NCBI GenBank assembly: GCA_049970055.1
Contig: JBMFNR010000002.1
Coordinates: forward strand, 148,406-212,405
Direction of reading: 5' to 3'
DNA length: 64,000 nt
DNA from: Fervidobacterium sp.
Lineage (GTDB): Bacteria > Thermotogota > Thermotogae > Thermotogales > Fervidobacteriaceae
Shown: in pieces, positions 30,971 through 41,630 of the stretch
Numbering within the stretch: position 1 is the stretch's first letter
How the letters are laid out: each line of letters begins with the position of its first letter
The notes under the pieces: generated by a model
What the model saw: the letters and a program-made list of their open reading frames with translations, nothing else
What the model was told of the DNA's origin: nothing
The model's database searches: none
Translations under genes and position numbers: made by a program

Positions 30971-33571
30971 ATGCTCGAGGGTTTGAAAAAATTTTTCGAC
31001 AAGAACGAGGCACAGATAAGAAAGGCAAAAAAAATTGTAGAAAAAATAAACCAAATTGAACAAGACGTAAAGAATATGTCATTTGAACAGATGCGTGAAT
31101 ACATAGCCCAGTACAAGGGAAAAATTGAAAAATTAGAAGATTTAGACAACCACTTAGTGAAAATATTTGCTTTTGTTCGTGAAGTTGCAAGACGCACAGT
31201 GGGCATGAGGCATTTTGATGTCCAACTCATAGGTGGAATTGTTCTTCACAATGGAAAAATAGCAGAAATGAAAACGGGAGAGGGAAAAACTCTGGTTGCA
31301 ACAGCTCCAGTTGTTTTAAATTCTCTAATGAATAGAAATATACACATGGTCACTGTTAACGATTACCTTGCAAAGCGTGATGCAACATGGATGGGACCCA
31401 TTTATCTTGCACTTGGATTAACCGTTGGCGTTATAAATACGAGTGGTAAGGCCTACAAAGTAGTTTGGAAAAATCCGGAGCTCGCACAAATAGCTTTGGC
31501 AGAAAATTATTGTGTTTGGCCTGAAGACTTTGATGGAGAATTCTTACCGGATGAAGCAAAGGTAAAGAGAGCAGTCGAAGCTTTCCAAGTTGATATTGTT
31601 GAGGTTAGTAAAAAAGAAGCTTATCGATGCGATGTTACTTACGGTACAAATTCCGAATTTGGGTTTGATTATCTCAGAGACAATCTGGTTATATCTGTTG
31701 AAGATAAAGTCCAAACAGGACATTTTTATGCAATTGTTGATGAGGTTGATAGTATACTGATAGATGAAGCAAGAACACCACTTATCATAAGTGGTCCGTC
31801 ACACAACAACGCGTCGGTTTACAAGCATTTTTACCAAATTTCAAAGAGACTTGAGAAAGATAAACACTTCAAAGTCGACGAAGAACATAGAACGGTAGTT
31901 CTTACAGATGAGGGTATAGAATATTTAGAAAAAATCCTTGGTGTTGATAACCTTTATGATCCGGCAAATGTCAACAGTATTTATCATATTATCAATTCAC
32001 TGAAAGCGATTCACCTTTTCAAAAAAGATGTTGACTACATAGTCCACAACGGTCAGGTCTTGATTGTTGATGAGTTCACAGGTCGCGTACTCCCAGGAAG
32101 GCGTTATAGTGGAGGGTTGCACCAAGCGATTGAAGCCAAAGAAGGTGTACCTATAAAAGAAGAGAGTATAACTTACGCAACAATCACTTATCAAAATTAT
32201 TTCAGAATGTATGAAAAACTTGCTGGAATGACCGGAACGGCCAAAACTGAAGAGCAAGAATTCAAAACAATTTACGGGATGGACGTGGTTGTCATCCCCA
32301 CACACAAGTTAATGATCAGGGTAGATCACGACGATTTAATTTATAGATCTGTCGAAGAAAAATACAAAGCTATTGTTCAAGAAATAAAGAAACGTTACGA
32401 GAAGGGTCAACCTGTACTTGTTGGAACAACTTCCATAGAAAAGAGTGAAAAGCTCAGCGAGATGTTGAAAAAAGAAGGTATTCCACATCAAGTGTTGAAC
32501 GCGAAATATCATGAAAAAGAAGCACAGATAGTAGCTCAGGCAGGCCAAAAAGGCATGGTTACAATAGCGACAAATATGGCAGGTAGAGGTACGGATATAA
32601 AATTAGGACCTGGTGTAAAAGAACTCGGCGGACTTGTTATAATAGGTACTGAGAGGCACGAGAGCAGACGTATAGACAACCAGTTGAGGGGTAGAGCCGG
32701 AAGACAAGGCGACCCTGGCGAGTCGATATTTTTCTTATCTGTTGAAGATGATTTGATGAGAATATTTGGTGGTGATAGAATACAGAAAGTAATGGATATG
32801 GTTAAGATTGAACCAGGGCAGCCAATATACCATCCATTGCTTACTAAGCTCATTGAGCAAGTTCAGAAAAAAGTTGAAGGAATCAACTTTTCTGTCAGAA
32901 AATACTTACTCGAACTCGATAGCGTGCTTGATACCCAAAGACGAGCCATTTATGGCTACAGAGATTACATTCTCGAACACGATGTCGATAATTTTATTGA
33001 TGAAGCTATCGAAAATATTGTTGAATCACGAATTGGTGAGTTCTGTGAGGGTATGGAGTGGAACTGGGATGGCCTGAAAGATTCTTTTGCAGTTGTAAAA
33101 GATTTTATTAAGTTAAACGATAAAATGGATGATAAGGAAAAACTTAAAGAAGACATAGTTAACCAGTTGAAAATAGCTTACGAAGAGAAAAAACAGGAAT
33201 TTGGCGATGACTTTGAAAATGTTGCTAAGTTTATAGTGCTCAGGATAATAGATGAGAATTGGAGACAGTACTTAGAAGAAGTTGAGCAAATAAAAGAATC
33301 TATAAGGCTCAGAAGCTATGGTCAAAAGGATCCCGTCTTAGAGTTTAAGAAAGAGACTTACGAAATGTTTAACGATATGATGATGAGAACTTATGAACTT
33401 GCTGTATCTTATTTGCTTAACTTAAGAAGAGTAGACAACAGAGCTGAAGAAGAGAGCAAAAAGGAATTGGCAAGAGTTAGCACGGTCCATGATGAATTTA
33501 AGTTAATAGCTGAAGAAGACAAAAGTGGGCCAGTAAAAAAGAAACCAAAGCTGAAAATTAAAAGGAATTGA
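30971..33571 (+). CDS. secA: Preprotein translocase ATPase SecA
   Basis: [51 protein letters not shown]. Confidence 0.98.
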   Translation: MLEGLKKFFDKNEAQIRKAKKIVEKINQIEQDVKNMSFEQMREYIAQYKGKIEKLEDLDNHLVKIFAFVREVARRTVGMRHFDVQLIGGIVLHNGKIAEMKTGEGKTLVATAPVVLNSLMNRNIHMVTVNDYLAKRDATWMGPIYLALGLTVGVINTSGKAYKVVWKNPELAQIALAENYCVWPEDFDGEFLPDEAKVKRAVEAFQVDIVEVSKKEAYRCDVTYGTNSEFGFDYLRDNLVISVEDKVQTGHFYAIVDEVDSILIDEARTPLIISGPSHNNASVYKHFYQISKRLEKDKHFKVDEEHRTVVLTDEGIEYLEKILGVDNLYDPANVNSIYHIINSLKAIHLFKKDVDYIVHNGQVLIVDEFTGRVLPGRRYSGGLHQAIEAKEGVPIKEESITYATITYQNYFRMYEKLAGMTGTAKTEEQEFKTIYGMDVVVIPTHKLMIRVDHDDLIYRSVEEKYKAIVQEIKKRYEKGQPVLVGTTSIEKSEKLSEMLKKEGIPHQVLNAKYHEKEAQIVAQAGQKGMVTIATNMAGRGTDIKLGPGVKELGGLVIIGTERHESRRIDNQLRGRAGRQGDPGESIFFLSVEDDLMRIFGGDRIQKVMDMVKIEPGQPIYHPLLTKLIEQVQKKVEGINFSVRKYLLELDSVLDTQRRAIYGYRDYILEHDVDNFIDEAIENIVESRIGEFCEGMEWNWDGLKDSFAVVKDFIKLNDKMDDKEKLKEDIVNQLKIAYEEKKQEFGDDFENVAKFIVLRIIDENWRQYLEEVEQIKESIRLRSYGQKDPVLEFKKETYEMFNDMMMRTYELAVSYLLNLRRVDNRAEEESKKELARVSTVHDEFKLIAEEDKSGPVKKKPKLKIKRN

Positions 33572-33583
33572 TTATCGAACCTT

Positions 33584-34327
33584 TTGGAGGCGATTATGAG
33601 GATAGAAGGCACCATTTTTAAAGCGGGTGAAATACCTAAGAAGCTTTTTAAGATATTATCTGGAACTGTACGTGAGACAAGAAATAAAACGTATCATGAT
33701 CTTATAAAAGGGGATTATGTTGCTATGATAGAGTATCTTCTCGGTATTCCAGTGGAAGAGGATGTTATTACGCTTGAGGAGTGTGAAATTGAAGAGGTTT
33801 CTTTGGAAGATGAGTATCTGAACATAATTAGGAAGATAATTGAAATTAGAAAAATCATCTACGAAACGTCCGTAAACGTGGACAGCATAGTCTTAGATGA
33901 TTTTAATTTTGAAAATGCCAATTTGGATGAATTTCTTAAGGAAGTTGAGTCTTTATTGACTCTATCTGCCGGTGAATTACCAGAAGATAGAAACGAAGCG
34001 CTAAAAATCATAGAAAAAATAGAAGATGACAAAATTATCACGAAGGTTAATTTAGTTAAAAAATTTGTTGAGAAATTTCCAGACGACAAGTTCGTACCTG
34101 CACTTTTAATCGAAACGGCATCAAAGGTGTATTTAATACTAAACGACAGATACATTGCCAAAAGTCTTTTAAAGAAAGTGTTGATAAGTTACTCACATAT
34201 GCCTTCGTACTGTTACGAAGCTGCAAGAATTTTAAAGAATATATACGAAGATGAGGGAAACGTACTTTGGAGAAGGTATGAAAAATTAGCAAGAGTTATT
34301 GAGGTGATAATGCGTGGAAACTCTTGA
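33584..34327 (+). CDS. cNMP-binding-like domain plus helical C-terminus
   Basis: TIFKAGEIPKKLFKILSG N-terminus. Confidence 0.6.
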   Translation: MEAIMRIEGTIFKAGEIPKKLFKILSGTVRETRNKTYHDLIKGDYVAMIEYLLGIPVEEDVITLEECEIEEVSLEDEYLNIIRKIIEIRKIIYETSVNVDSIVLDDFNFENANLDEFLKEVESLLTLSAGELPEDRNEALKIIEKIEDDKIITKVNLVKKFVEKFPDDKFVPALLIETASKVYLILNDRYIAKSLLKKVLISYSHMPSYCYEAARILKNIYEDEGNVLWRRYEKLARVIEVIMRGNS

Positions 34328-34637
34328 TTTTGAAAGTGGTGAGGTAATAATAAGAAAAGGGGAGGAAAGTAAGAGTGTTTACATCCTTAAATCTGGAAGG
34401 GCTAAAGTTACAGTCAGTGGAGTCGAATTTGTTTTGACAAGTGAAAACTCCGATGTTTTTGGGCTTGAAGCATTAGTTGGTGAAAATTACACAGAAACGT
34501 GTGTAGCCATTGAAAATGTTAAAGTTATAAAATGCTCACCGCAAGAATTTATGGAAATATATGCAAAAACAGATGTTGGAAAGAAAGCAATTGAAAGTTT
34601 CATGAAAAGAACAGCTAAAGCTCTTGGCTGGGTTTGA
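34314..34637 (+). CDS. Stand-alone cNMP-binding-like domain protein
   Basis: GEVIIRKGE..VYILKSG..VFGLEAL. Confidence 0.72.
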   Translation: METLDFESGEVIIRKGEESKSVYILKSGRAKVTVSGVEFVLTSENSDVFGLEALVGENYTETCVAIENVKVIKCSPQEFMEIYAKTDVGKKAIESFMKRTAKALGWV

Positions 34638-34673
34638 TTTTATATAACATCAAGTTTAAAATAACTTCTGGGG

Positions 34674-35090
34674 GTGATTTGTGTGCATACAAACAGAATA
34701 GACCACATAGGTATAGCGGTTAAGGATGCGAAGGAAAAACTAAAACTATATAAAGATTTCCTTGGGTTAGATATTTCTGAGGTAGAAGAGCTCCCGGAAA
34801 GAGGTCTAAGAGTTTATTTCATAAAAGTTGGTGATACAAGAATAGAATTGCTTGAATCTATGAATGAAAATTCTGAGATTTCTGGATTCTTAGAGAAAAA
34901 AGGAGAGGGAATCCACCATATTGCATTCAATGTTCATGGAATAGATGAAGCTGCTAAATTGGCAAAAGAAAAGGGTTTACAACCTCTATCCGAAGAACCA
35001 AAGCAAGGAGCAGGTGGAACAAAAGTGTTATTCTTGCATCCAAAAACAACCGGAGGAGTACTAATTGAGCTTGTCGAGGGAGAACACTGA
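34674..35090 (+). CDS. mce: Methylmalonyl-CoA epimerase (VOC fold)
   Basis: IDHIGIAV, IELLE, GIHHIAF, FLHPK..GGVLIELVE. Confidence 0.93.
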   Translation: MICVHTNRIDHIGIAVKDAKEKLKLYKDFLGLDISEVEELPERGLRVYFIKVGDTRIELLESMNENSEISGFLEKKGEGIHHIAFNVHGIDEAAKLAKEKGLQPLSEEPKQGAGGTKVLFLHPKTTGGVLIELVEGEH

Positions 35091-35133
35091 AGCTATCGAA
35101 TATACTTAAGATTTCATATTCACATAGAGGGGA

Positions 35134-36684
35134 GTGGCAGTGATAATGGATGAATTTATACAGAAATTAAAGGAACTGGAAAGTCAAGTAGAACTCGGTG
35201 GAGGAAAAGATAAGATAGATAAGCAGCATTCCGAAGGTAAGCTTACTGCCAGGGAAAGGTTAGAGCTTCTTTTTGATCCGGGAACGTTTGAGGAGATAGA
35301 CAAATTTGTAAAACATAGGAACTCACAATTTGGTTTAGACAAAATGAATTTGCCCGCTGACGGTGTTGTAACAGGAATTGGGAAAGTTAATGGACGTCCA
35401 GTAGCAGCTTTCTCTCAAGATTTCACCGTGCTTGGTGGATCACTTGGCGAGATGCATGCGAAAAAGATTATAAAAATAATGGATTTAGCGATGAAACTTG
35501 GAATTCCACTCGTTGGAATCAATGACTCTGGTGGTGCAAGAATTCAAGAAGGAGTCGACTCGCTTTACGGTTACGGTGAAATATTTTACAGAAATACGCT
35601 TGCATCTGGTGTGATACCTCAGATAACAGTTATTGCTGGTCCATGTGCCGGTGGTGCTGTTTATTCCCCTGCAATTACAGATTTCGTGGTAATGGTCGAT
35701 AAAACAGCACAGATGTTTATAACAGGCCCTAATGTAATTAAAGCGGTTACGGGTGAAGATATTTCGAAAGAGGACTTAGGCGGTGCTTTTGTACATAACT
35801 CAAAAAGTGGTAATGCACATTTCTTGGCTGCCGATGACAAACAGGCTATAGAAATTGTTAAGAAGATAATATCCTACATTCCTCAAAATAGTATGGAAGA
35901 GCCTCCATCGGAGGATAATTACATCGTTCCTGATATATCTGATATTCACACACTTGTCCCAGTGGATTCTAAAAAAGGTTTCGATGTGAGAGAAGTCATT
36001 AAAAAAATAGTTGATTCTAGTACATTCTTTGAAGTACATGAGCACTTTGCAAAAAGTATAGTTGTTGGTTTTGCAAGAATTAAGGGAAGAAGTGTTGGAA
36101 TTATTGCAAACCAGCCAAGTTTTCTTGCTGGTGTACTTGATATAGACTCGTCAGATAAAGCCGCAAGATTTATAAGATTTCTAGATGCTTTTAATATCCC
36201 AATAATAACGTTTGTTGATACACCAGGCTATTTACCAGGAGTTAAGCAAGAGCACGGAGGTATCATCAGGCACGGGGCAAAATTGCTTTATGCATACAGT
36301 GAAGCAACGGTACCAAAGATTACGATAATTTTGAGAAAGGCCTATGGTGGTGCTTACATTGCAATGGGTAGCAAACACCTTGGTGCTGATTTTGTTGCAG
36401 CATGGCCCACAGGAGAGATCGCAGTTATGGGACCAGACGGAGCAGCTAATATAATATTCAAAAAAGAAATCGATTCGTCAGAAAATCCGGAAGAAACTCG
36501 AAAACAAAAGATAGAGGAATATCGGCAATTGTTTGCTAATCCATACGTTGCAGCCTCAAGAGGGTATATCGATGCTGTGATAGATCCGAGGGATACAAGA
36601 GCATGGATTGAAAAGGCCCTTGAATATGGTTCTACCAAGGTAGAACCAAGGCCCAATAAAAAACATGGCAATATACCTTTGTAA
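35134..36684 (+). CDS. mmdA: Acyl-CoA carboxyltransferase / methylmalonyl-CoA decarboxylase alpha subunit
   Basis: DSGGARIQEG, GPCAGGAVY, RKAYGGAY, KKHGNIPL. Confidence 0.88.
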   Translation: MAVIMDEFIQKLKELESQVELGGGKDKIDKQHSEGKLTARERLELLFDPGTFEEIDKFVKHRNSQFGLDKMNLPADGVVTGIGKVNGRPVAAFSQDFTVLGGSLGEMHAKKIIKIMDLAMKLGIPLVGINDSGGARIQEGVDSLYGYGEIFYRNTLASGVIPQITVIAGPCAGGAVYSPAITDFVVMVDKTAQMFITGPNVIKAVTGEDISKEDLGGAFVHNSKSGNAHFLAADDKQAIEIVKKIISYIPQNSMEEPPSEDNYIVPDISDIHTLVPVDSKKGFDVREVIKKIVDSSTFFEVHEHFAKSIVVGFARIKGRSVGIIANQPSFLAGVLDIDSSDKAARFIRFLDAFNIPIITFVDTPGYLPGVKQEHGGIIRHGAKLLYAYSEATVPKITIILRKAYGGAYIAMGSKHLGADFVAAWPTGEIAVMGPDGAANIIFKKEIDSSENPEETRKQKIEEYRQLFANPYVAASRGYIDAVIDPRDTRAWIEKALEYGSTKVEPRPNKKHGNIPL

Positions 36685-36729
36685 TTTCGCAATTTTCCTT
36701 GAGATTAGCTGAGATTGGTGGGTGGTTAA

Positions 36730-37143
36730 ATGGAAGGAGTGAACGAACTTAGCGTTACCATAGTTGGTATTACGACGGTTTTCATCGTATTTTTCATACT
36801 GTATTACGTTTTCAAAATTATGGAAATTGTTGGTATCAGTAAGAACAAAAAGATTAAAATTCCGGAAGGAAAATCTGAAAATTTAGAGAAGGCTTCAAGA
36901 ACTAATGTAGAAAGTATAGAAGTGCAAAAAACTCCAAAACATACTCCATTTGTGTTAAACCAAGAAGATGAAGAAATTGCAGCAGTTTTTGCAGCGATTT
37001 ACTCTACTCTTGGTGAAAATGTGATTATCAAATCCATTACACCAACAACTTCTATAAATTCTAAAGTAACGTCGCAGAAAAAAGGAACAAGGGGTTGGAG
37101 TGAATGGAGAACATATGGTTGGAGAGGTGGAAATAGATGGTGA
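36730..37143 (+). CDS. Decarboxylase gamma/delta subunit (OadG/MmdD family)
   Basis: N-terminal TM (GITTVF), [10 protein letters not shown], operon context. Confidence 0.82.
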   Translation: MEGVNELSVTIVGITTVFIVFFILYYVFKIMEIVGISKNKKIKIPEGKSENLEKASRTNVESIEVQKTPKHTPFVLNQEDEEIAAVFAAIYSTLGENVIIKSITPTTSINSKVTSQKKGTRGWSEWRTYGWRGGNRW

Positions 37144-37586
37144 GAAAATTCGTTGTAAGAGTCAATGGTAGAGAGTATGTTGTAGAGGTCGAGGAGGTGT
37201 CTTCACAGATTCCTCAAACTCAAGCAGTTCATTATTCACAATCTGCACAATCAGCATCTGTTACTTCGTTTAGTCAACCAGAACAACAGGTCAAAGTAAT
37301 TCAGCATTCTCAACAAGAAGTTACACAAGGTGTGAAACCGGAAAAAATTCAGGTAGCAAGTTCTGGAGGTTCTGGATTCAAAGTGACAGCACCCATGTCA
37401 GGAGTTATATTAAAAGTGCTTGTAAGTGAAGGACAAAGAGTAGAGTACGGACAGAAAATTGTCATACTCGAAGCCATGAAAATGGAAAATGAAATAGTAA
37501 CTGACAAACCTGGAGTTGTAAAAAAGGTTCTTGTCAAAGAGGGAGATAACGTCGATACCGGACAACCTTTGGTAGAGATTGAGTAA
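37137..37586 (+). CDS. Biotin carboxyl carrier subunit (MmdC-like)
   Basis: [14 protein letters not shown]. Confidence 0.92.
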   Translation: MVRKFVVRVNGREYVVEVEEVSSQIPQTQAVHYSQSAQSASVTSFSQPEQQVKVIQHSQQEVTQGVKPEKIQVASSGGSGFKVTAPMSGVILKVLVSEGQRVEYGQKIVILEAMKMENEIVTDKPGVVKKVLVKEGDNVDTGQPLVEIE

Positions 37587-37621
37587 TTAAATAGTGTAAG
37601 TATAGCTATTAACAGATATGT

Positions 37622-37662
37622 GGGCAATCTTTGGGAAAGATTGCCCCTTTTATTATTTTTTT
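37622..37662 (+). terminator. Intrinsic terminator of the mce-mmd operon
   Basis: GGGCAATCTTT-ggg-AAAGATTGCCC followed by T runs. Confidence 0.8.
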
Positions 37663-37758
37663 AGTGTATTTCCTTGGAAATTACTTTGCAATCGATTAAG
37701 ATAAAATTGCATCGCGAAAATTATAAACATCTGCCATACTATTAAGGAGGTATGTTGT

Positions 37759-38214
37759 ATGAGAAAGGTACTTATTAGCTTGTTACTTCTGTCAGTTCTC
37801 GGTGTACTTTTTGCAGGTTCTACTCAACTTTCGTTAGCGGGTGGTCAAGGAGTATGGACGCAAACACTGACATTCTCGGTAAAGCAATGGGTTAGAGTAA
37901 CGTGGGACTATGATCCAGCAAATGCAGTTGCAATCGATGATACAACAGGAGAAGCAAACGTAGGAAACTTATCATTCCAGTCGAACAAAGCTTTCAAGGT
38001 ATGGTACTCATCAAGTGTTGTAACGAGTGGAGTTAGTGTAACAATTCAGTCGGTTAAGATAGGGTCAGTTGTTCTTTCAAACAATAGTTCAGCACCAACA
38101 CAAGTTGCAAGCAAAAACCTTTCCGGAGCGTTCATAGTTACATTTGATAGCGGTGTAAACAATTTGGATACAGATTTTTCAGTTAAGTTTGACTTCACAT
38201 TCTTGCCATTCTAA
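37759..38214 (+). CDS. Secreted beta-rich protein, FLPF family member 1 (candidate major fibre subunit)
   Basis: AAGGAGG RBS; Sec signal ending VLFA; Ser/Thr/Val-rich; ends FDFTFLPF; monocistronic. Confidence 0.75.
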   Translation: MRKVLISLLLLSVLGVLFAGSTQLSLAGGQGVWTQTLTFSVKQWVRVTWDYDPANAVAIDDTTGEANVGNLSFQSNKAFKVWYSSSVVTSGVSVTIQSVKIGSVVLSNNSSAPTQVASKNLSGAFIVTFDSGVNNLDTDFSVKFDFTFLPF

Positions 38215-38232
38215 ATATCAAACGTGGTAAAT

Positions 38233-38263
38233 AAAAAAGGTGCCGAAAGCTCGGCACCTTTTT
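38233..38263. terminator. Bidirectional intrinsic terminator
   Basis: AAAAAGGTGCCGA-aagc-TCGGCACCTTTTT. Confidence 0.82.
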
Positions 38264-38299
38264 ACTTTTGAATACCATCACAAGAGAATCTTTAAGCCT

Positions 38300-39085
38300 T
38301 TAGCCTTCCTCCGTAATTTTTTGGAGTATTTTTATTAGATGATTGTACAGCTGCGTACTAATTTCATACTTTTCAAAGAACTCTTTAAATATTGTTTTTT
38401 CTTTTTCCACAACTTCGAAATCTTTCCTTTTAACGGGACCAGTTAAGGCATCTTTCAGATTACATTTATTTATATTATTTCTAACTGATCCTAAAAGTTC
38501 TGAAATTATCTTCCTTCCCGTTTCATCATTTATACCTAACTCTTTGTATATTAAAAGCGACATATAAACAAGAGCCATTGGAAAATTACTTGAGATCACA
38601 GCGGCTAGATGATACAAAGGTTTTTTTACGGTAGGTATAATGACACTCTTTCCTCCAAGCATTTCGACAACTTCCATAGCTAACTTTACACTCTCTTGCC
38701 AACCTTCTATTCCAAATACAACATTCTTAAAGGAATACCATTCATTTGAAACTGCACAATTAGGGTGCATTGATGCTGGTTTCCATTCTTTAGGCAAGAT
38801 TGTTGATGGGTGAAAACCACTGAAATGTAAAGCGGTAATTTCACCAACTTTTCCTATCAAAAGTTCCTTGGCCTTTGGTAGCACTGAATCGTTTAAACCG
38901 AGAAGAGTTATCCCGTTCAATGTGAAATTCTCTTGGTAAGATACTGGTGTTGCTGATAGTTCAAAAGCAAGATTTTGGGCCTTTAAAAAGTCTCTTGATA
39001 CGATGAATCCAAAACTAACTTTTCCCTTTAGCTGTCTTGCTATCGAACTTGAAACCTTACCGACACCAACGATATTAATCAACAT
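38300..39085 (-). CDS. Rossmann-like + DUF2520 oxidoreductase
   Basis: IVGVGKV, HFSG, SMHP, YHLAAVISSNF, LTGPVKR. Confidence 0.85.
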   Translation of the reverse strand: MLINIVGVGKVSSSIARQLKGKVSFGFIVSRDFLKAQNLAFELSATPVSYQENFTLNGITLLGLNDSVLPKAKELLIGKVGEITALHFSGFHPSTILPKEWKPASMHPNCAVSNEWYSFKNVVFGIEGWQESVKLAMEVVEMLGGKSVIIPTVKKPLYHLAAVISSNFPMALVYMSLLIYKELGINDETGRKIISELLGSVRNNINKCNLKDALTGPVKRKDFEVVEKEKTIFKEFFEKYEISTQLYNHLIKILQKITEEG

Positions 39086-39101
39086 AACTTACTTTCATCT
39101 C

Positions 39102-40064
39102 TCATTCGACATTTTTCTCGCATAGCGATTTAAGAACTAGCTTGGCCATTTTTGAACTGCTTTTTACTTCTAAATTTTGATATTTCGAGAGCACGTCGAT
39201 GATACGTTTATTTAATATAACTTCAACATGCTTCTTTGTTCTTCTTTCCGATCTAATTGTTATCTCACCTGTTTCGTGCAGGTTTTTTTTGTGATTTTCA
39301 ATTTCGTTGTACAGTTCATCAATACCTTTTCCAGAGGTTGATACACACATCACTATGGGCTTTTTACTCTCCGAAAACGATAATGTGGTTTCCAAATTGA
39401 TCTTCAATATGTCTGCACCTTCCAAATCCGATTTGTTTATAACGAATATATCACCAATTTCCATTATCCCTGCTTTCATCAGTTGAATTTCATCACCGCT
39501 ACCCGGTGATAATACTAGCACTACCGTATCGGCAACGTACGCAATATCGATCTCACTTTGCCCGGCTCCAACCGTTTCGATGAGTATATAATCAAATCCG
39601 TACAACTTGTATAGTATGATAACACCGAATATAGAGTCATTTAATCCTCCTACACTCCCACGGCTTCCCATACTTCGTATGAAAACGCCCTCGTCTGTAA
39701 AATGTCTTTTCATTCTAATTCTATCTCCAAGTAAAGCCCCGCCTGTGAATGGACTTGATGGATCGACAGCTATAATACCAACCTTTCTACCTTCCTGTCG
39801 TAAACGTGTTACGTACGCATCGACCAAAGTGCTTTTTCCAGCTCCAGGACTTCCCGTAAAACCGACTATGTGTGAATTAAAAGATGAGTTTAATAATAAT
39901 TCACTGTACTTTTCTTCTATCACAAATACTATCTCCGGCTCATTTTCAACAATACTAATTGCTTTTGAAAGAGCAATCTGATTACCTTCCAAAACTCGTT
40001 CCGTCAGTTCCAACAATTTCTCTTTATTATCCTGTTTGTTTTTTAAACCATTTACATCTCTCAT
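39102..40064 (-). CDS. meaB: Methylmalonyl-CoA mutase-associated GTPase
   Basis: [40 protein letters not shown]. Confidence 0.93.
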   Translation of the reverse strand: MRDVNGLKNKQDNKEKLLELTERVLEGNQIALSKAISIVENEPEIVFVIEEKYSELLLNSSFNSHIVGFTGSPGAGKSTLVDAYVTRLRQEGRKVGIIAVDPSSPFTGGALLGDRIRMKRHFTDEGVFIRSMGSRGSVGGLNDSIFGVIILYKLYGFDYILIETVGAGQSEIDIAYVADTVVLVLSPGSGDEIQLMKAGIMEIGDIFVINKSDLEGADILKINLETTLSFSESKKPIVMCVSTSGKGIDELYNEIENHKKNLHETGEITIRSERRTKKHVEVILNKRIIDVLSKYQNLEVKSSSKMAKLVLKSLCEKNVE

Positions 40065-40468
40065 GCTTGTTCTACACCTTGCCCGACAACTTTGTTGATT
40101 TTTTCAACAATTTCGGAAATAGGAGTTCCGGGCCCAAATACGGCTTTAACTCCCATATTCAAGAGTTCCCCCGCATCATCTGCCGGTATTATTCCTCCAA
40201 CAAAAACAGGTACATGGAAATCGTATTTGTCCATGAGTTCAAAGATCCTCTTGCATACACTCATATGTGCTCCGGAGAGAATGGAAAGACCTATGATGTC
40301 CACATCTTCTTGCATCGCGGCCTTTACAATTTCTTCAGGGGTCTGCCTGAGACCTGTGTAGATAACTTCCATCCCTGCATCCCTTAATCCTCTTGCTACA
40401 ACCTTTGCTCCTCTATCATGACCATCCAAACCAGGCTTAGCGATAAGGACCCTGATTCTTCTTTGCAT
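40061..40468 (-). CDS. Cobalamin-binding small subunit of acyl-CoA mutase
   Basis: [28 protein letters not shown]; start at MQRRI. Confidence 0.93.
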   Translation of the reverse strand: MQRRIRVLIAKPGLDGHDRGAKVVARGLRDAGMEVIYTGLRQTPEEIVKAAMQEDVDIIGLSILSGAHMSVCKRIFELMDKYDFHVPVFVGGIIPADDAGELLNMGVKAVFGPGTPISEIVEKINKVVGQGVEQA

Positions 40469-40836
40469 AACCCAAACACTCCCCTTCACAAAGATTTTCA
40501 GTAGACTGTTGTTTTAAAAACCAATCATATTTTACCACCTCGACGATTATTTTCAAATTATCCATATTAGATAAAAGTGTTGATTGGTATTCATCGAGTG
40601 GTAAAAATGACTATTTCGTTCAATAATTAACTTTAACCATATTTTGCACGCAAAGGCAAAGTGTGGTATAGTTCACCTATTTAACGAAACAAATTAACAT
40701 AATAGAAACTGAAATTTAGCCATTGCAGCAATAAAGTTTACAGGTTTTTGTGTATAATTGTAAATGACTCTTAGTAATGTCTCTCCTATTATCTATTGTT
40801 TGGAATTTAGAAGAAAAGCGTATATGGGGTGATAAT

Positions 40837-41586
40837 GTGATAAGATTATTGGGGGATTTTTCGATTGATGAAGCTAAAGACAAAAAGTTTTCCCCGAAGG
40901 AAATTGTTGCGCTTGCTTATGCGTTATTTAAAGGTAAGGATTTTTACATTAATGAACTAGTAGATGTTCTTTCAGAGCCAACCGATGAAATTGAGAAAGG
41001 GTATGTGAAAAAAATTATTAATAATTTGTTAAAGAAATTGGAAGGAGTTGTAAACATAACTGTTGACAAAATGAAAGTAAGATTCACACCGATTGTAGCA
41101 GTTGATGTTATCGAGTTGGAAAAGTGTCTTTCGAAGATTCAAGATTTTGGTAATCTTGAAGAGGGTTTGGTTGATCGGATTTTGGAAATATACAGTGGAC
41201 ATTTCCTCCCATTTATTGATAACATTTGGGTCAAGAGTGTGAGAAATGTCCTAAAGACTATTGTTTTAAAAGTTGTTGTAAGATATTTTTACTCTCAGGA
41301 TATCAACTCACCTAATTCAAAAGCAATTATGCTGAAAATAGCCAAACTTATTCCAGAATTATATTTGAGCTCAAGTACCAAAGAAATGTACAATTATCTT
41401 GAAAAATTCGCGTATGTTAATGTTGGACTTAAAAGCGTGGAAGATTTAACAAGGTCAAATTATGTGAAGGTTATTAAATTGCAAGGCAAAGATTTACAAA
41501 AGCTGATAAGAAATTCCACTCATGTTGATCTGATAGATTCAAATGAATTCATAATGGTTTTTGAAAATGGATCATGCTTCGACTAA
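40837..41586 (+). CDS. SARP/BTAD-like regulator A
   Basis: IRLLGDFSI start; VDVIELE; LEIYSGHFLP..WVKSVR BTAD-like motif; probable GTG start at 40837. Confidence 0.6.
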   Translation: MIRLLGDFSIDEAKDKKFSPKEIVALAYALFKGKDFYINELVDVLSEPTDEIEKGYVKKIINNLLKKLEGVVNITVDKMKVRFTPIVAVDVIELEKCLSKIQDFGNLEEGLVDRILEIYSGHFLPFIDNIWVKSVRNVLKTIVLKVVVRYFYSQDINSPNSKAIMLKIAKLIPELYLSSSTKEMYNYLEKFAYVNVGLKSVEDLTRSNYVKVIKLQGKDLQKLIRNSTHVDLIDSNEFIMVFENGSCFD

Positions 41587-41587
41587 T

Positions 41588-41611
41588 GATGCATAAGTAG
41601 ATGCATAAGTA
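41588..41611 (+). repeat. Tandem direct repeat 2x GATGCATAAGTA
   Basis: Exact 12-bp duplication in the intergenic gap between the two regulators. Confidence 0.7.
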
Positions 41612-41630
41612 AAGATTATTCAGCAGCGAG

